From Anthoceros angustus (lineage: Eukaryota > Plantae > Anthocerotophyta), in contig MU008190.1 of NCBI GenBank assembly GCA_010909165.1, positions 124,001 through 188,000 on the forward strand: a stretch of 64,000 bases of DNA. Direction: 5' to 3'. Of this stretch, positions 23,952 to 36,032 are shown in pieces; the first letter of the stretch is position 1; every line of letters begins with the position of its first letter. A program made the position numbers and the translations under genes. Below the pieces are notes generated by a model. The model was not told the DNA's origin. It saw only the letters and a program-made list of their open reading frames with translations, and made no database searches.

Positions 23952-24698
23952 CTAAGAAGTGCATAGCAAAACTTTAGACTCTAATGTAAACTCTGGAGGT
24001 TTATAAAAATTCCAGACTTTAGGAGCATGTGTCCATAATGTAAGAAGAACCACAAACTTTGTAAAAAGAAAATAGAACAAAATGACATACCTGCATTGAG
24101 TCAATGCTTTTTCTAAAGAATCTAACTTTTCAAGTAAATCAAAATTTTCAATATTGGTTGGAAGTTCTGTTTGCGAATGTTTTTTAATTGTTGGTTGTCC
24201 TATGTAAGAAGGTACCACAAAAGTATCTTGCATTCTCTTTAACTCCATAGTAGTCTCCATGTTTTTCAACTTGAGGTCTTCAACTTGACACTTGTAGTTT
24301 TCTAATTCTTCGTAATCATCTTTCGTTTTATGCATTTTTTTATTACATCTGGCTGGTGGAATATACTTGTATCTATCAATTTCACTTTCTTCAAATATCT
24401 GGTTGTTTTTAAGTAGGTGAGCATGTCTCCACATTTCTACTTGACGTGACGATGTACACAAGAAACTAGGGATAGGGAATCCAAACATATAACAGTGGTA
24501 AGATCCTTCATTTTGGAATTCTATAGGAACCCTGTCAGCGTTGTTAGTTCCTTGAATAGCAGGTTTTGTACAATCTTCGAGCACAATAGATGTAGGAGAA
24601 TTAAAACTGAAAAATAAGAAAGAGCCTAGCATAATATATGCACTAAGCACTATAGCTATAGCTAACGTCTCTACTCCTACCATTTCCAAGTCTCTCAC
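23952..24698 (-). CDS. AT-rich ORF or exon of unknown function with a predicted coiled coil
   Basis: 248 open codons in strongly AT-rich DNA; heptad-like stretch YEELENYKCQVEDLKLKNMETTMELKRMQ; candidate splice acceptor (ttttcag, ~24610) and donor (cag|gtatgt, ~24090). Confidence 0.4.
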   Translation of the reverse strand: MRDLEMVGVETLAIAIVLSAYIMLGSFLFFSFNSPTSIVLEDCTKPAIQGTNNADRVPIEFQNEGSYHCYMFGFPIPSFLCTSSRQVEMWRHAHLLKNNQIFEESEIDRYKYIPPARCNKKMHKTKDDYEELENYKCQVEDLKLKNMETTMELKRMQDTFVVPSYIGQPTIKKHSQTELPTNIENFDLLEKLDSLEKALTQCRYVILFYFLFTKFVVLLTLWTHAPKVWNFYKPPEFTLESKVLLCTS

Positions 24699-25210
24699 AA
24701 GTGAGGAGCATGATCAATCAATTTTTGATCCCCTAAAGAAAAGAAATGCGCTGAAAGCTATTGATGCTCCAAGCATGGCAAGCACTAAAGCGCCTTCGAT
24801 CTCCATTTCTTGTGGTCGGTATCATCGCTTTTCCTGAAGACTTGCTCCAAACCCGTGATGCTGGTTGGGTCGGGACGAGGTGAAAAAGGAAGTCTAAGTT
24901 TCGGTGTACGCTTCACTTCACCACTTCACGTAAAGTGTTCATTAGTCTTATAATTTACGGCTGCATATGAAGTGAAGCTTCCTTTAGGGTTCGCAAGCAT
25001 CCAACCACGCCATTTCAGCGTCTGCTCGATGGAGAGGTTAGAGCTCCTTCCCGAGTGTGGGTGGACAGCTGCGGCGGTCATAGATATGTCAGTTGCATTG
25101 CAAGGTATTTGGACGTCTTGCTGGACGCAATCTCGTTTCTTCTGCTTGGACGAAGAACTGGCTCGTCCCCGTGTTCAACTTCTTGTATCAATGGCTGTGG
25201 TGTCTATTAG

Positions 25211-27304
25211 ATGCAGGGTCTCAAACAGTTCGCCAGATTCAGCAGCGGGCCCTGGTGCTCGCGATTGCGGTCGGCTCATCAGGCTACGGCGCACGGTTCA
25301 AATCCGACGTTGAAGGAGGAATTGCGCCGGTTGTTCAAACTGGTCCATCCGGACATGCTCCACAACCTCCCTGCAGAACAGGTTAGTCGTGAAGCCTCTG
25401 CGTGGCCTTTCAAACTTCGGATTTCGGTTTTTCGGAAATTTCGGTTTTCAAACTGAGATTCTGTTTTTATCGTGTTCTCTTAATTATCTTTGATTTGCGC
25501 GTGAGTCCCGTTCGATCATTTGTCTGTGGTCCCCGCCATCTGTGAAGGGTACGCAGGTGATTTTAAGGTCTTGATTTTGGTTCTGAATTAGTTCATGGCC
25601 GTCCAGCTTTGATGATGGAAAATTTCAATCTTGATTGGCTGTCAAAGCAGCCTTGGAAGTTAATACCAAAAATGGCACTGAGAAGCTTAGTCTGCGATGG
25701 CTGGACTGGACATTTGGGTTGTTCGCAAGTGACTGTAGCTTGTGTCTTGTAATTCCTGAAGGCTACGTATTCATCAGTACACTGTCATTAGATTTGTCAA
25801 TGGTCTTCTGCAGTCCCACTGTCTTCTTGTATCTTTGTTTGAACACTGCCGGTGTCCTTCTCTGTTCGTGCAGTAGAGTAACAAGCCACATTGTGCCAAA
25901 CGCTCCTGTGATTAAGATTGATCATGCTTTAGTGGCTACTTGACGTGGCCCTGAAAGTTAATACCAAAAATGGCAATGAGGAGCGGTCTGTTGTTTCAAA
26001 ACGTTGGTATTCCTGTTCTGATTCATTTGCATGCATAGCAGGCAGTCAACCTACGGTCATTCCAGCTACTGCAGGAGTACCTGAATGTGGTAAAGAGTGC
26101 AGATGCCAACTCTAAGAAGTTCGTCTATGACTTTGAGTTCTACATCAGGCGGGATGCTAGTGACAAATCCCTGGAAAAAGTGGAAATCTCTCTTCCTGCG
26201 CCTAAAGTTCGCCAGCGTCCGGAAAGGGGACCGGAGCTGATGCCTGACACCCGTGCAGCAATTGGTCGCCTGCTGTCTGCTTGTGGTCTGTCTTCAGAAG
26301 CCTCTGGTGATCTAACTGGCGGTGAGGAGAAATTTAGCCTTGCTGACTTCTTCCAGCAAGCATCAGAAATACAGAGGGTAAACGAGGCAGCTCTTCTTAG
26401 TTTGGATCAACAAATGATTGTTGTGAGAAATGCCTTGAGGATGGGCCGTGGTGTGACGGCATCATTCAGGTCACCTGTGGCAGAGGCATCCGTCAGGCAG
26501 CAGCTGGAGGCGTTGGAAAAGTTGGCTGCATCGCTGGATATCGCCAAGAACATTGCGATCGCAGGATGTACGGTCATAGTGAGCAAGGGGTATGGTGTGG
26601 ATCTCCTAGGCAATGTGTGGTTGAATTATGAGGACGACAAGGAGTCTTGGTCAAGATTTCTTATGGAGGCTGACCTTATCACAGCGGCACAAAGAAGACT
26701 AAATGCGCGCTCAAGGCGGGTTAAAGAGTTTGAGGTGGCACACTTGATGGAGGTGGAGATGGTTTTCACGCACAGTTCACTTGCTGTTCATCCTGATTAT
26801 TCCTTCTTTCTTCACCGAATGGCTCAGGATGCACTTGCACACGGTGCTGTTGGTGATGGGAAGTTTTCTGAGCTGCCCATTCGAGTTTCGGACTCTCGGA
26901 AAGATATGCCAGACACGGTGTCGGACCCCTTTTCTGTGGATACAAGTATGGGTTACATCTCGGTACCAGTTTGCGAAGGGCTTCTGAATATCTACAGATA
27001 CATCGAGGAGGAAGGTGGAGAGGCTCTTGTTCACAGAAGACGATACAAAGCTGCAGAGAAAAGGCTGGAGGATATGAAGGCACAAGTTAGGAAGGCCTTA
27101 CGGTTGCGAAATTTGGTGTTTGATGTGACGATTGCCAATGAGCAGCACTTGGCAGCGTGTACGAGACTCCTGTATCATGCTCCTCATCTTGCGAAGTACA
27201 CAGAGGGCCTCTCTCTTTCCATCTCAGACGAGTCACGACTCCCTACCCGGGGAGTGAAAGGTGTGGCTTACCTGAAGTGGAACTTCAATATGGCTGATCT
27301 CTGA
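25211..27304 (+). CDS. TCAIM: TCAIM-like mitochondrial protein (DUF4460/DUF4461 type); exons 25211-25381 and 26042-27304
   Basis: LKEELRRLFKLVHPDMLHNLPAEQ|AVNLRSFQLLQEYLN matches the recalled DUF4460 J-domain-like HPD block. The GT-AG intron 25382-26041 keeps the frame, and the N-terminus is Arg/Ser-rich like a presequence. Confidence 0.75.
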
Positions 27305-29343
27305 AGTGTGTCTCCTCCTGACTCGGATGGCACATTCACGTTCGCAACACCAAAATGTGTCAGTATTTCTTGCCGCTGTGGCCTTGAGCTGGTGTCTGGG
27401 ATTTATGATAAGTCTTGGCCTAGATGCTTGGTATCGGGTCATCATGTGCTGTTTGTTGATTTCAATTGTTGGTATGCAGGGATAGGCACTGCGGGCTGCT
27501 CCTGGAGGACTGGGTTCCGAAGGGCAGGGAGGGAAGCCACCAGTTGATGGGGCCAAATGTCATTTCTCAGTAGGAAAAGATTTATTCTTGGATTACGACA
27601 GCTCTGGTCATGTTCTTTCGTACCTGGGTTCAGGAAGCCCCCTCGGAAAGAGAGTGTGGCCATGGGAAGAGAGTTGGAAGCTCAGAGTAGCATGTCGTTC
27701 GGAGGTTGGATGGGATGTCGGATGGGGGCTAACCCCCTCTGGCACCGATGTTATGTTTGTGTGAGGGTTAACATCATTGTTGGTTGTAGAACTGACGTGT
27801 TGAGAGATCCATGTATGACATAGGAGGCAATAACAGTGTGGACAGCAACCCTTTGAGGATGCGTCCCTCTTCTGAAAGGTTTTGGAATGGCTCTATACCG
27901 CTGCTTCTTGTCCCTCTCCGACAGTTGGTAACAATTGTTTCGTGGTCACAGCTTGCCAGCCTAATGCGATGGTCTGGGTGTCTGCTGTTTCAGGCAACGT
28001 CATGATGAAGCGGTTGGGAGGTACACTGTCCGCCTGCCTCTAGCCTCTAGCCTGGCCAAACTGCCGTGAAGTCTGTTGGTGCGTTCATGTGAGGGCTGAG
28101 TGGGCAGATTTGAACAAACACGAACCTGTTACCTCCCCCTCCTCTCCCTCACCTCAGTGTAACCACCAGCATGAGGTTGCTCAGCCCACTTCACCTAACC
28201 GTTCCCCGTGCGCGCTTAACAGGAGACGGGGAAACTCTCTCTGTTCTGTTTGGCGCAGGTTGTCAACCCCCGCCATGTGCAGCGAGCCAACGAGATGCCC
28301 CCAAGTGTGAAGGTCGCGACTAAGTACAGGTACTTATTTTTGCAAAGCCTAGCATCCTAGCAGCCTAGTATAGCAGCAGCTGAGCAGGGTACTTCCACCC
28401 ACCAGCAACTCCTGCGCTAGTGGGAATTGTATTTTGACTCAAACTCTTTGCTGCATGATTGGCTCTCTGGCATGACAATCATTTGCCTTGCTCGCCCTGC
28501 CTTGAGCAGTCTCCCTCTCCCTGGTGCGCCAGCCGCTGCACAGCCACACACAGACAAAGTACTGGCCTGGATCGGCATATGGAGGTACGCACGTCCATCA
28601 AGGACCCCATTTTCCCTCCCTCTCTTCTCCACCCTATTATTACCCGCAGTACGGCCGCCTTTACCCAATGCATGCCTTGTAGCAGGAGGGTAGCAGCTTC
28701 CAAGGCAAAGGCAGCGGCAGCAGGTGCAGCAGGTGCAGCAGGCAGGCTCCATATCCCGCCTCCAGCAGGCTTGCAACAATCCCGGCTGGCTCTCACGTGA
28801 AGGATGAGGACCCCCGTAATGCCCTCCCCAGTGGACATCCCGACCCAGCCTTTCTTGTGAGAGCCTGGGCCTGGGCCCTGCCCCTGCCAGAGATCCATAT
28901 TCCTCCTTCCTTCCTTTCATGAGTGCCGCTGCTGCTGATTGCCTTGCCCAACTGTGCTGCGTCCTTGAAACAGGGCCTCCAAGCGGGGGCAAGGGTCAAC
29001 CTGCAGCTGGTGGGGCCTCTCTCTGGCAGGGCAGCGGCAGGGGCCCCGGCCCAGCCCAGCCCAGCCCGGCCCAGGCCGCCACATTATGGGACTGGCCTCG
29101 AGGCCGGGCCGGGGAGGCACCGGGCCCTGCAACTACTCTGCTCTGCTCTGCGAGGCAACGGAGCGTAAGAAACAAAATCCGCCCATGTTTGGTGCTACAG
29201 CAGCAACAGCCACAGATCCTCCGACATGCCCAACCGAGAACAACAGGAGGGCTATCCCCCGAAACGGAACGAATGAAAGTCACGTTGGGCTGGCCCGCGT
29301 ATCGACGCTGCAACGCTATTTCCTCTTTCCTGGATTTCTGCCC

Positions 29344-29350
29344 TATATAA
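29344..29350 (+). promoter_or_regulatory. Candidate TATA box (TATATAA)
   Basis: ccctatataagtc in GC-rich context; no credible long ORF downstream. Confidence 0.3.
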
Positions 29351-29947
29351 GTCAACCGGAACTGAATAATTTACGGCTCCTCATTAATGGCCGATGACGC
29401 CGTTGCCCAGCCCCCAATCATGGGCCTCCCAACGGAACGGTGGGCTTTGGCAGACTCGCGCTGACCTTGAACCAGGCTTTATTACTCCCGCGGCCGGGGC
29501 CGGAGCCGGGGCCCGGGCCCGGGCCCGGATTCCGTCCCGATTCCCGAATCCCCCGATCCATGCATTCATTCAATTGTCATCCATGGAGTTGTCGATGTCG
29601 CCCCGGGGAGCTTCTTCGAATCCAAAGGCCCTTTCAAAGGGCAGGTTGAAATGAAAGCTCCTCCCGAATTCCCGAATTCGGGAGCACGCGCTGTCTTCTT
29701 CACTCTCCATGTCTCCCTCCCCTCGGGCTGTGCGGCACTGGAACAGAAACAGTGCAGGGAAGGATGGCCAAAACAAGGGCCGTAATGGGTAGACCACCAG
29801 CCTGCTGAAACCAGGGGATATGTCTAGAATATCGGTTCAACAATGCAGGGCTTCGGTGAGCTCGCGCATTCAACTGCCAGCCCTGGCCGTTTCCACGGCA
29901 CAGGCTCACTGCCACATGGATGGACGACGGGTTGATCAGGATCAGGA

Positions 29948-29998
29948 TTAGGGTTAGGGCTAGGGCTAGGGCTAGGGCTAGGGTTTGAGGGTTAAGGG
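29948..29998 (+). repeat. Telomere-like (TTAGGG)2(CTAGGG)4 repeat with degenerate tail; 8 G-tracts
   Basis: ttagggttagggctagggctagggctagggctagggtttgagggttaaggg. Confidence 0.85.
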
Positions 29999-30434
29999 TA
30001 TGGTTACTTACGGTGGGTGCGCTTTGGAAAGTGTGAGGAGGCACGGGGAACGGGATGTGGGAGGGTGGTGGTGGTGGCAGGTGTCCGTCCCCCGGGCCCC
30101 GGCCCCGGCCCACAGTTGTGATGAGCCTGCTGCTGCCTGCTGCAGAGCAGCCAGCTAGAGGGAGCGCCACTGGCAGGGCATCGCACAATATTTAATAACT
30201 GCGGATTTCTGAGAGATTTGAAGCGCAGGCTGGCCTACCAGTTGCAGCCTGCAATCGGCATGCGTTAAAAGGAAAAGCCGACAGCAGTGAGGTCCGTGCA
30301 GGCGGCAGCCAGCAGCAGCAGCAGCGGCAGCAGAAGCAGCTCTCTTATCCGAAGCCATCTGGAGATCCACACGGTACACCCAGCTCAAGTAACGGAACAG
30401 ATCCGGGGCAGCAGGGTGCGGAGGGGGAGAGGGA

Positions 30435-30466
30435 AACGGAGACGGAGACGGAGACGGAGACGGAGA
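30435..30466. repeat. (GAGACG)n microsatellite
   Basis: acggagacggagacggagacggagacggaga. Confidence 0.85.
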
Positions 30467-33340
30467 GTGTGGAATCGGATACGGACGTCACGCCACCCGT
30501 TTCTGTAATGCTCATCGGGATTTGCCCACCTCACGCCCATGTGCCTGCCGTAAGCCCTCTCCAGTTTCCTTCATCACATGTATTCTATCACCCAACAGGG
30601 CAGCCCGGCTGCGTGCAGCAGCGGCACACCAGTTGCGAGAACTGGTACACATCGCAACCGGTACACTCATCAAAAAGATTCCAGGCTCGCTTACCCATCA
30701 TACAGCCCACCACCTGCTTTCGCTAAAAAGAAGTATTTTCTTCAACAAAGGCTGCTGTGCTTCCTGCAGTCTGCAGCCTGCTTCCATGATCCATCGCATG
30801 CCCGCTTCCCAGGAAAAGAGCCTACATAATTTGTTTTCCCATTTGAGCTGGGATCCGTTGCTGCCACTCCTGGCTTGGTCACCAACTTCCCAACTGTCAG
30901 AACAGGACAACAGCTCCTGCTACTCCACAGCCTCCCTACAGCTCGGGACTCACTGAGCAAATCAGGGCTCAGAGTTCAGACCAAGCCAGGTTCAGGCTTA
31001 GGTCAAACACAACGATACAACAACATTCTCACTGGGAAACCGGATCCATCTTGGAGTGTTGGTAAGCAGCAGGCTTAGGGTGGAGGCGGATAAGGTAGAT
31101 CCGCTACTGCCAACAGGGCCAAGGATATGTATGTGAGCAGATCTTAATCAGGGCGAGAAACGCGTTACTCATTACGTATGCGTGGTGTGTGTTGCGACAG
31201 AGTGTGCGTTTTGCTCGTACGTTCGTTTGCTCTGGGGCATCGAAGAATCTGTCTCCGCAGGTTTATGTCACACGGTCTCCAACCAGCTAAACAAGACAAA
31301 ACTCTGCAAAGCTCATGAGCCCTAAGCGGAGATTCCTGCAGCGGCACCATTTACAATACTTAATCCAGCCTTAACTCAGCCCCTGTTGCACGCACGTCAC
31401 TCTGACCTCATCTGCCCAGCCCCGATCTCGGCTTATTAGAGGCTTGTAATCTGGCACACGAGCTTCATAATGCCTGCGCACTGCGCACTGCTCCTGCTGC
31501 TGCTCCTGCAGGAAGTATCATCAGCCTGCACCTACTGATTCGACCTCAAATCATTAGGGCAGGCAAGGGCGCCACACACTTGGGCCTTTTTGCAGCATGT
31601 GGACATGGGCCAGCTGATCAACTCGCTCACTTTACCCACCCACTTGATCCCACCACCACCACCCTTTGCGGTGGAGAGTGGATTCCCAGCCTGCACCAGG
31701 CTAAATAATGAGAGCCGGCCCTTGGTTTCACCCCCCTTCTCATTACATACAGACAGTAATACCATGAAGTTATGAACCCTTTGTACATACATATGTATGT
31801 AGCGGCCAGAACATGAACCTGTCTGCAGCTGCAGCTGGCTGTTGCGTATTCTGCTGCAGTGCAGTTAGTGTTTCTGGAGCATAGCACATGAAAGCCTGTA
31901 CAGACATGCAAAGTGCTTCTCCGTGTGACAGAATGCCCACGCCAGTGCGTACTCACAAACACCACTTTCGGGACCCAACTCCATGGCATGCACCACCAAG
32001 ATGACGTTCACTGCATGCGAATAGAATCTGTTGGCCGCTTTTCAAAGAAACAAAAATAAAGACAAAGGCGTGTACAGCCACTCCACTGCGCTGCCAGGCA
32101 GCACCAAGAGTGCACTTGCTGTACATTGTACCCATGCTCATACATTACAATACACAGGGGCAGGTATTTGTACCGCCCATCATCCTTGTATTCGCATTTG
32201 TTTTAATACCACGGTGACCCCATCTCCTTCCAATGGCCCAACCAGTCAACAAACTTCCCCCACCGGGACACAAAACAATTGCATCCAAGGCCTTACTCGG
32301 ACGCCCAAAACACCAGGAATCAGCTGGCACCCACTTTCATAACCTTCTCATATTCCGATTCCATTAACAATGCTTAGGCCAAATAATGCGACGGATGAGT
32401 TAGGCAATCACAGTCAGGCTGATTGAACCGGGCAACCCCACCAGGGCAACGATGATCGCATGCCTTCCTGCACCAAATACCAAATTGACCTCCACTTACT
32501 CATGTGCAAAACGTTCCACTTTCAACAAAATTGACTCCTAAGCAACCTAACCCGACTGCCGACGGGCCCATCACCCTAAACCCCACATACCTACCAGCCG
32601 CACTACGACAAGCGTGTAGTGCGCGGACTGGTGAAGACAGGTGCAAGCAGAAAGGACTCCCACAAGCACAGTCCACATACGTATCAAACAGCAGTCAATG
32701 AGGAGCAACAAATGATAATTAATCCAGCATGCAATGGATTTATGAGTATTGTATGTAGGTGGGCTGGTCGTGGGACAGTCCCAATTCCTTGCCTCTTTCG
32801 AAGGTGTCCAGAGCACCCAGAATCCCTGCACCTTTCCTCCATATACAATGCATTCACGCTGCACGCAGCGTGGTTCGGAAAGAGAGATCGGCTGGTGGTG
32901 GGCTGTGATGATTCTCCCCTTTCATCGCTTCCCCTGTCCTGTCTTGTGTGGGCATGGTTGGGATCATGGAGAAACCACAGATCTCGGAGATGGGCAAGGC
33001 AAATTCCGACACACTCCTACATACATACCAGTCTACATACCACACTGCATGGATGTGAGGGCTGTGGTGGGGTAGGTGGTAGGCTCATCAGGAGATAAAC
33101 AACATATTAAAGACAATGTCAGAACTCGTTGCCCACGTGACGACATTTGGCACTGACAAATACCGGAATTCGCTTCACCGAAGGCAAGGAGAGTAGGTTG
33201 CCTTGACGTGCGTCAACGGAGGCGTCGGTGGGGCGAGAGAGTGGCGCATTATTCATTATTCCAGGCCCTCTTCCCGATCGCAGATCGCAGATCGCAGGCT
33301 GCAGCCCAGGCTCCAGCCCTAAAACGGGGTGCCAGGCCTG

Positions 33341-33371
33341 GGCCCAGGGCCCAGGGCCCAGGGCCCAGGGC
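33341..33371. repeat. (GGGCCCA)n heptamer repeat
   Basis: ggcccagggcccagggcccagggcccaggg. Confidence 0.85.
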
Positions 33372-33960
33372 GGGGGCCAACATCGTGAGAGGCCCGGGCC
33401 CTGACAGGGGTTGACACCGCCATTTTGCACGCAAAATTAAGAAAAGCGGGCGGCTGCCATGGGAGTCCGGGACATGCATGCCCATGCCCATGGCCTCGCG
33501 CCTCCACCCTCCAGCCTGCTGTGCTCCGCTGCTGCATTCATGGGCGTCGCCGTAAAAGACAAACCCCGCTTTATGGGCGATGGGGCCGGGCCTAAGTCAG
33601 GCTCGGCCCCGGCCTCCAGCGCACTACCCCATGCTGAACTCGGGGCCTGCCAGTTATTAAAGCTCCCCGTTGCAGGTTGCAGGTTGCTGACGGAAAAAGG
33701 AATTTGCGTTTCTGGCTACTGTTGGCTGTAACAGAAAAGCCGTTATATTGACATGCCCACTGGGACCTGCAGCTCATCATTCTCTGCCCTCTCTGTGTGC
33801 CAACCATAGTACGGCCGTGTCAACTCTCTGCCACCCCGTTTCTTAAGAATGTTATTACTTGGTGGTGAACTTGATGGCTGGATTTTTAATTCAGAGACTC
33901 GGAGTAGTAGCCCCCTGGGGCTACCGTAGTAGGGCCTTTTACAACGCGCGGCCTTGTTTG

Positions 33961-34171
33961 CCCATCTCAACAGGGATTCTGTTTTTCGCAACGTGGGATG
34001 GACAGCACCCCAGCCCAAGAGCGATGGCTGTTTTACAACTTGGGTTGGATAACAACCCCATCCCAACAGCGAGGGCTGTTTCACAACAGCAGGGGATGGA
34101 TAACACCTCATCCCAACAGCGAGGGCTGTTTCACAACAGCAGCAGGGGATGGATAACACCCCGTCCCAACA
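33961..34171. repeat. Tandem array of four ~50-bp palindromic units
   Basis: Units start at ~33961, 34010, 34058 and 34108; consensus ccatcccaacagc-gagg-gctgtt-tcac-aacagc-aggggatggataacacc. Confidence 0.85.
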
Positions 34172-34711
34172 CTGATTCGACTCGGGGGAGCTTTATCGTG
34201 GAGTCTCCAAAGACCCACGTCTAGATGTCGCTGATGAAGGGAAAACCCTATCTCGTGTATGTGTAGTAGTAAATGGAGGGTGGCGTGGAGCAAAGCGAGG
34301 GCTGGGTTGCAATGCGGTGCATTAATGGGATATGCAAGGTGTGTGGATCGACACGGCATGGCCATGGCGCGGGCGCCCGGGAGCCGGGAGCCGGCAGCCC
34401 GGAGCAGAGCAAGAGCAATGATGCCATGGGGCTACTCCCCGGCGCCGGATAGGTCCACGAGCTCCTGGTCGCAGGTGGGGCTAGCGCGAGGCGCGTGGGC
34501 GCCGCGCCATTACGCACTTCCACTTCCACTTCCACTTCCAACTCGACGTCACTACATCCTTGATGCAGAGATGCAGATGCACACAAACCACAAACCTCCG
34601 GGAAGTGGAACCATGAGGGGCCGCTGGTCGGAACTCAGAACTCGGAAGTGGCATTCCACAAACCAAGATTTACTCATCCATGTTTTGTATCTGGAGCCCG
34701 GCCGGGCCCGG

Positions 34712-34745
34712 CCTGGCCTGGCCTGGCCTGGCCTGGCCTGGGCCA
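34712..34745. repeat. (GGCCT)n pentamer repeat
   Basis: ggcctggcctggcctggcctggcctgggcc. Confidence 0.85.
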
Positions 34746-35694
34746 TGGACATGAGACCTCTGTGATTGCGCGATGGCGCGAGCTTCTTGGGACACCTCCA
34801 CGTGCATCGCGTTCGATGCGATGCTGCCTGCACATTCTCCGCGCAAGCGCCCGCGTTGGATGTTTTTGTTAGCTGGGAACAAGTTAGTTCACGGTTAACC
34901 GGCGAGGCCAGTTAATTAACTTGAACGCCTAAAAGAACAGCAACAACAGCAGCCAGGAACGACGGAAACGCGGCAGCCGCAGCGGCAGCGGCAGCGGCAG
35001 CCGGTCAGGGTGCGTCAATGATGAGCTCCGTTGCGGGGTGAGGGGAGGTGAGGTGGGGTGGGGTTGCCGACATGACATCACGCCCCAGATTTTGAAACAG
35101 AAGCGGAAGACGGAAGAGGAAGAGGAAGAGGAGAGCATGGGCATGCCCTCCCGGAGCTCCGCTTATTATTCAATTGCGCCACGTCCGCCGGCCCCGTTTC
35201 CTCTCACGCCTCCCACTCACACGCTTCCACCTGGTGTGTGTCCTGCTGCTTCCCTTCCCTTCCGCGTCTCTCTCCTTTTTGCTTTGTGCCTTCCTGCTTG
35301 CTCTCTTCTCTGCCTGCTGCTCTCGCTCTTGCTCTTCCTTCCCCGAGCTCGCCACTGCCATTTCCATTTCCATCGCGCGACCTCGGCACTTCTCGCCTCC
35401 ATTTACGGCGGAGCGGAGATGGTGGAGTCCACGTAGCCCCTCTCTCCCGCGCTCGCTCGCTCCCTTGCTCGCTCACCTTCTTTTGCTTTCGTCGCCTTCC
35501 TGTCCTTGCCTTGCCTTGCCTTGCCTTGCCTTGCCCCGCGCCCCGGCTTCTCTCTTCCTCACCTCACCCTCATCTCGTCTCGTCTCCTCGCCCTTGCTTC
35601 CCCCGCTTTCTCGCGCGCGCGCCCGCACCTGCTTCTTCTTGGCCCAGCCTCCCCGCGTCTTCTTCCTCACCTTCCACCGCCTTCTCCGCCGCCT

Positions 35695-36032
35695 CGCCCC
35701 TCTGTAGCTTCTGCCTCCGCGCCGCTGCGGAATGCGGATGCCGCGCCGCAGCTCGCCGCTCTCGTCATCTTCTTGCGCTTCCTGGTCGGTCGGTAGGTAG
35801 GTAGGTAGCGTGTGTGTTGCTGGGCCTCCCATCCTCACCGGCCTGCGTCTTGTCCACCTCGCCTCCCTCGCCCCTCTGTAGCTTCTGCCTCCGCGCCGCT
35901 GCGGAATGCGGATGCCGCGCCGCAGCTCGCCGCTCTCGTCATCTTCTTGCGCTTCCTGGTCGGTCGGTAGGTAGGTAGGTAGCGTGTGTGTTGCTGGGCC
36001 TCCCATCCTCACCGGCCTGCGTCTTGTCCACC
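35695..36032. repeat. Near-perfect tandem duplication, period 174 bp
   Basis: tctgtagcttctgcctccgcgccgc... starts at 35701 and at 35875; both copies contain (GGTA)n and end in gcgtcttgtccacc. Confidence 0.95.

Noticed and set aside
25650-25985. ~37-bp direct repeat in the TCAIM intron (aagttaataccaaaaatggca at two positions)
   Set aside because: Real, but short and intronic with no further structure.
33961-34171. CRISPR-like appearance of the palindromic array
   Set aside because: Eukaryotic context, no unique spacers (whole units are homologous), and no cas genes.
34230-34255. CTGATGA followed by a short stem, resembling a hammerhead ribozyme core
   Set aside because: No GAAA after stem II and no stems I or III.
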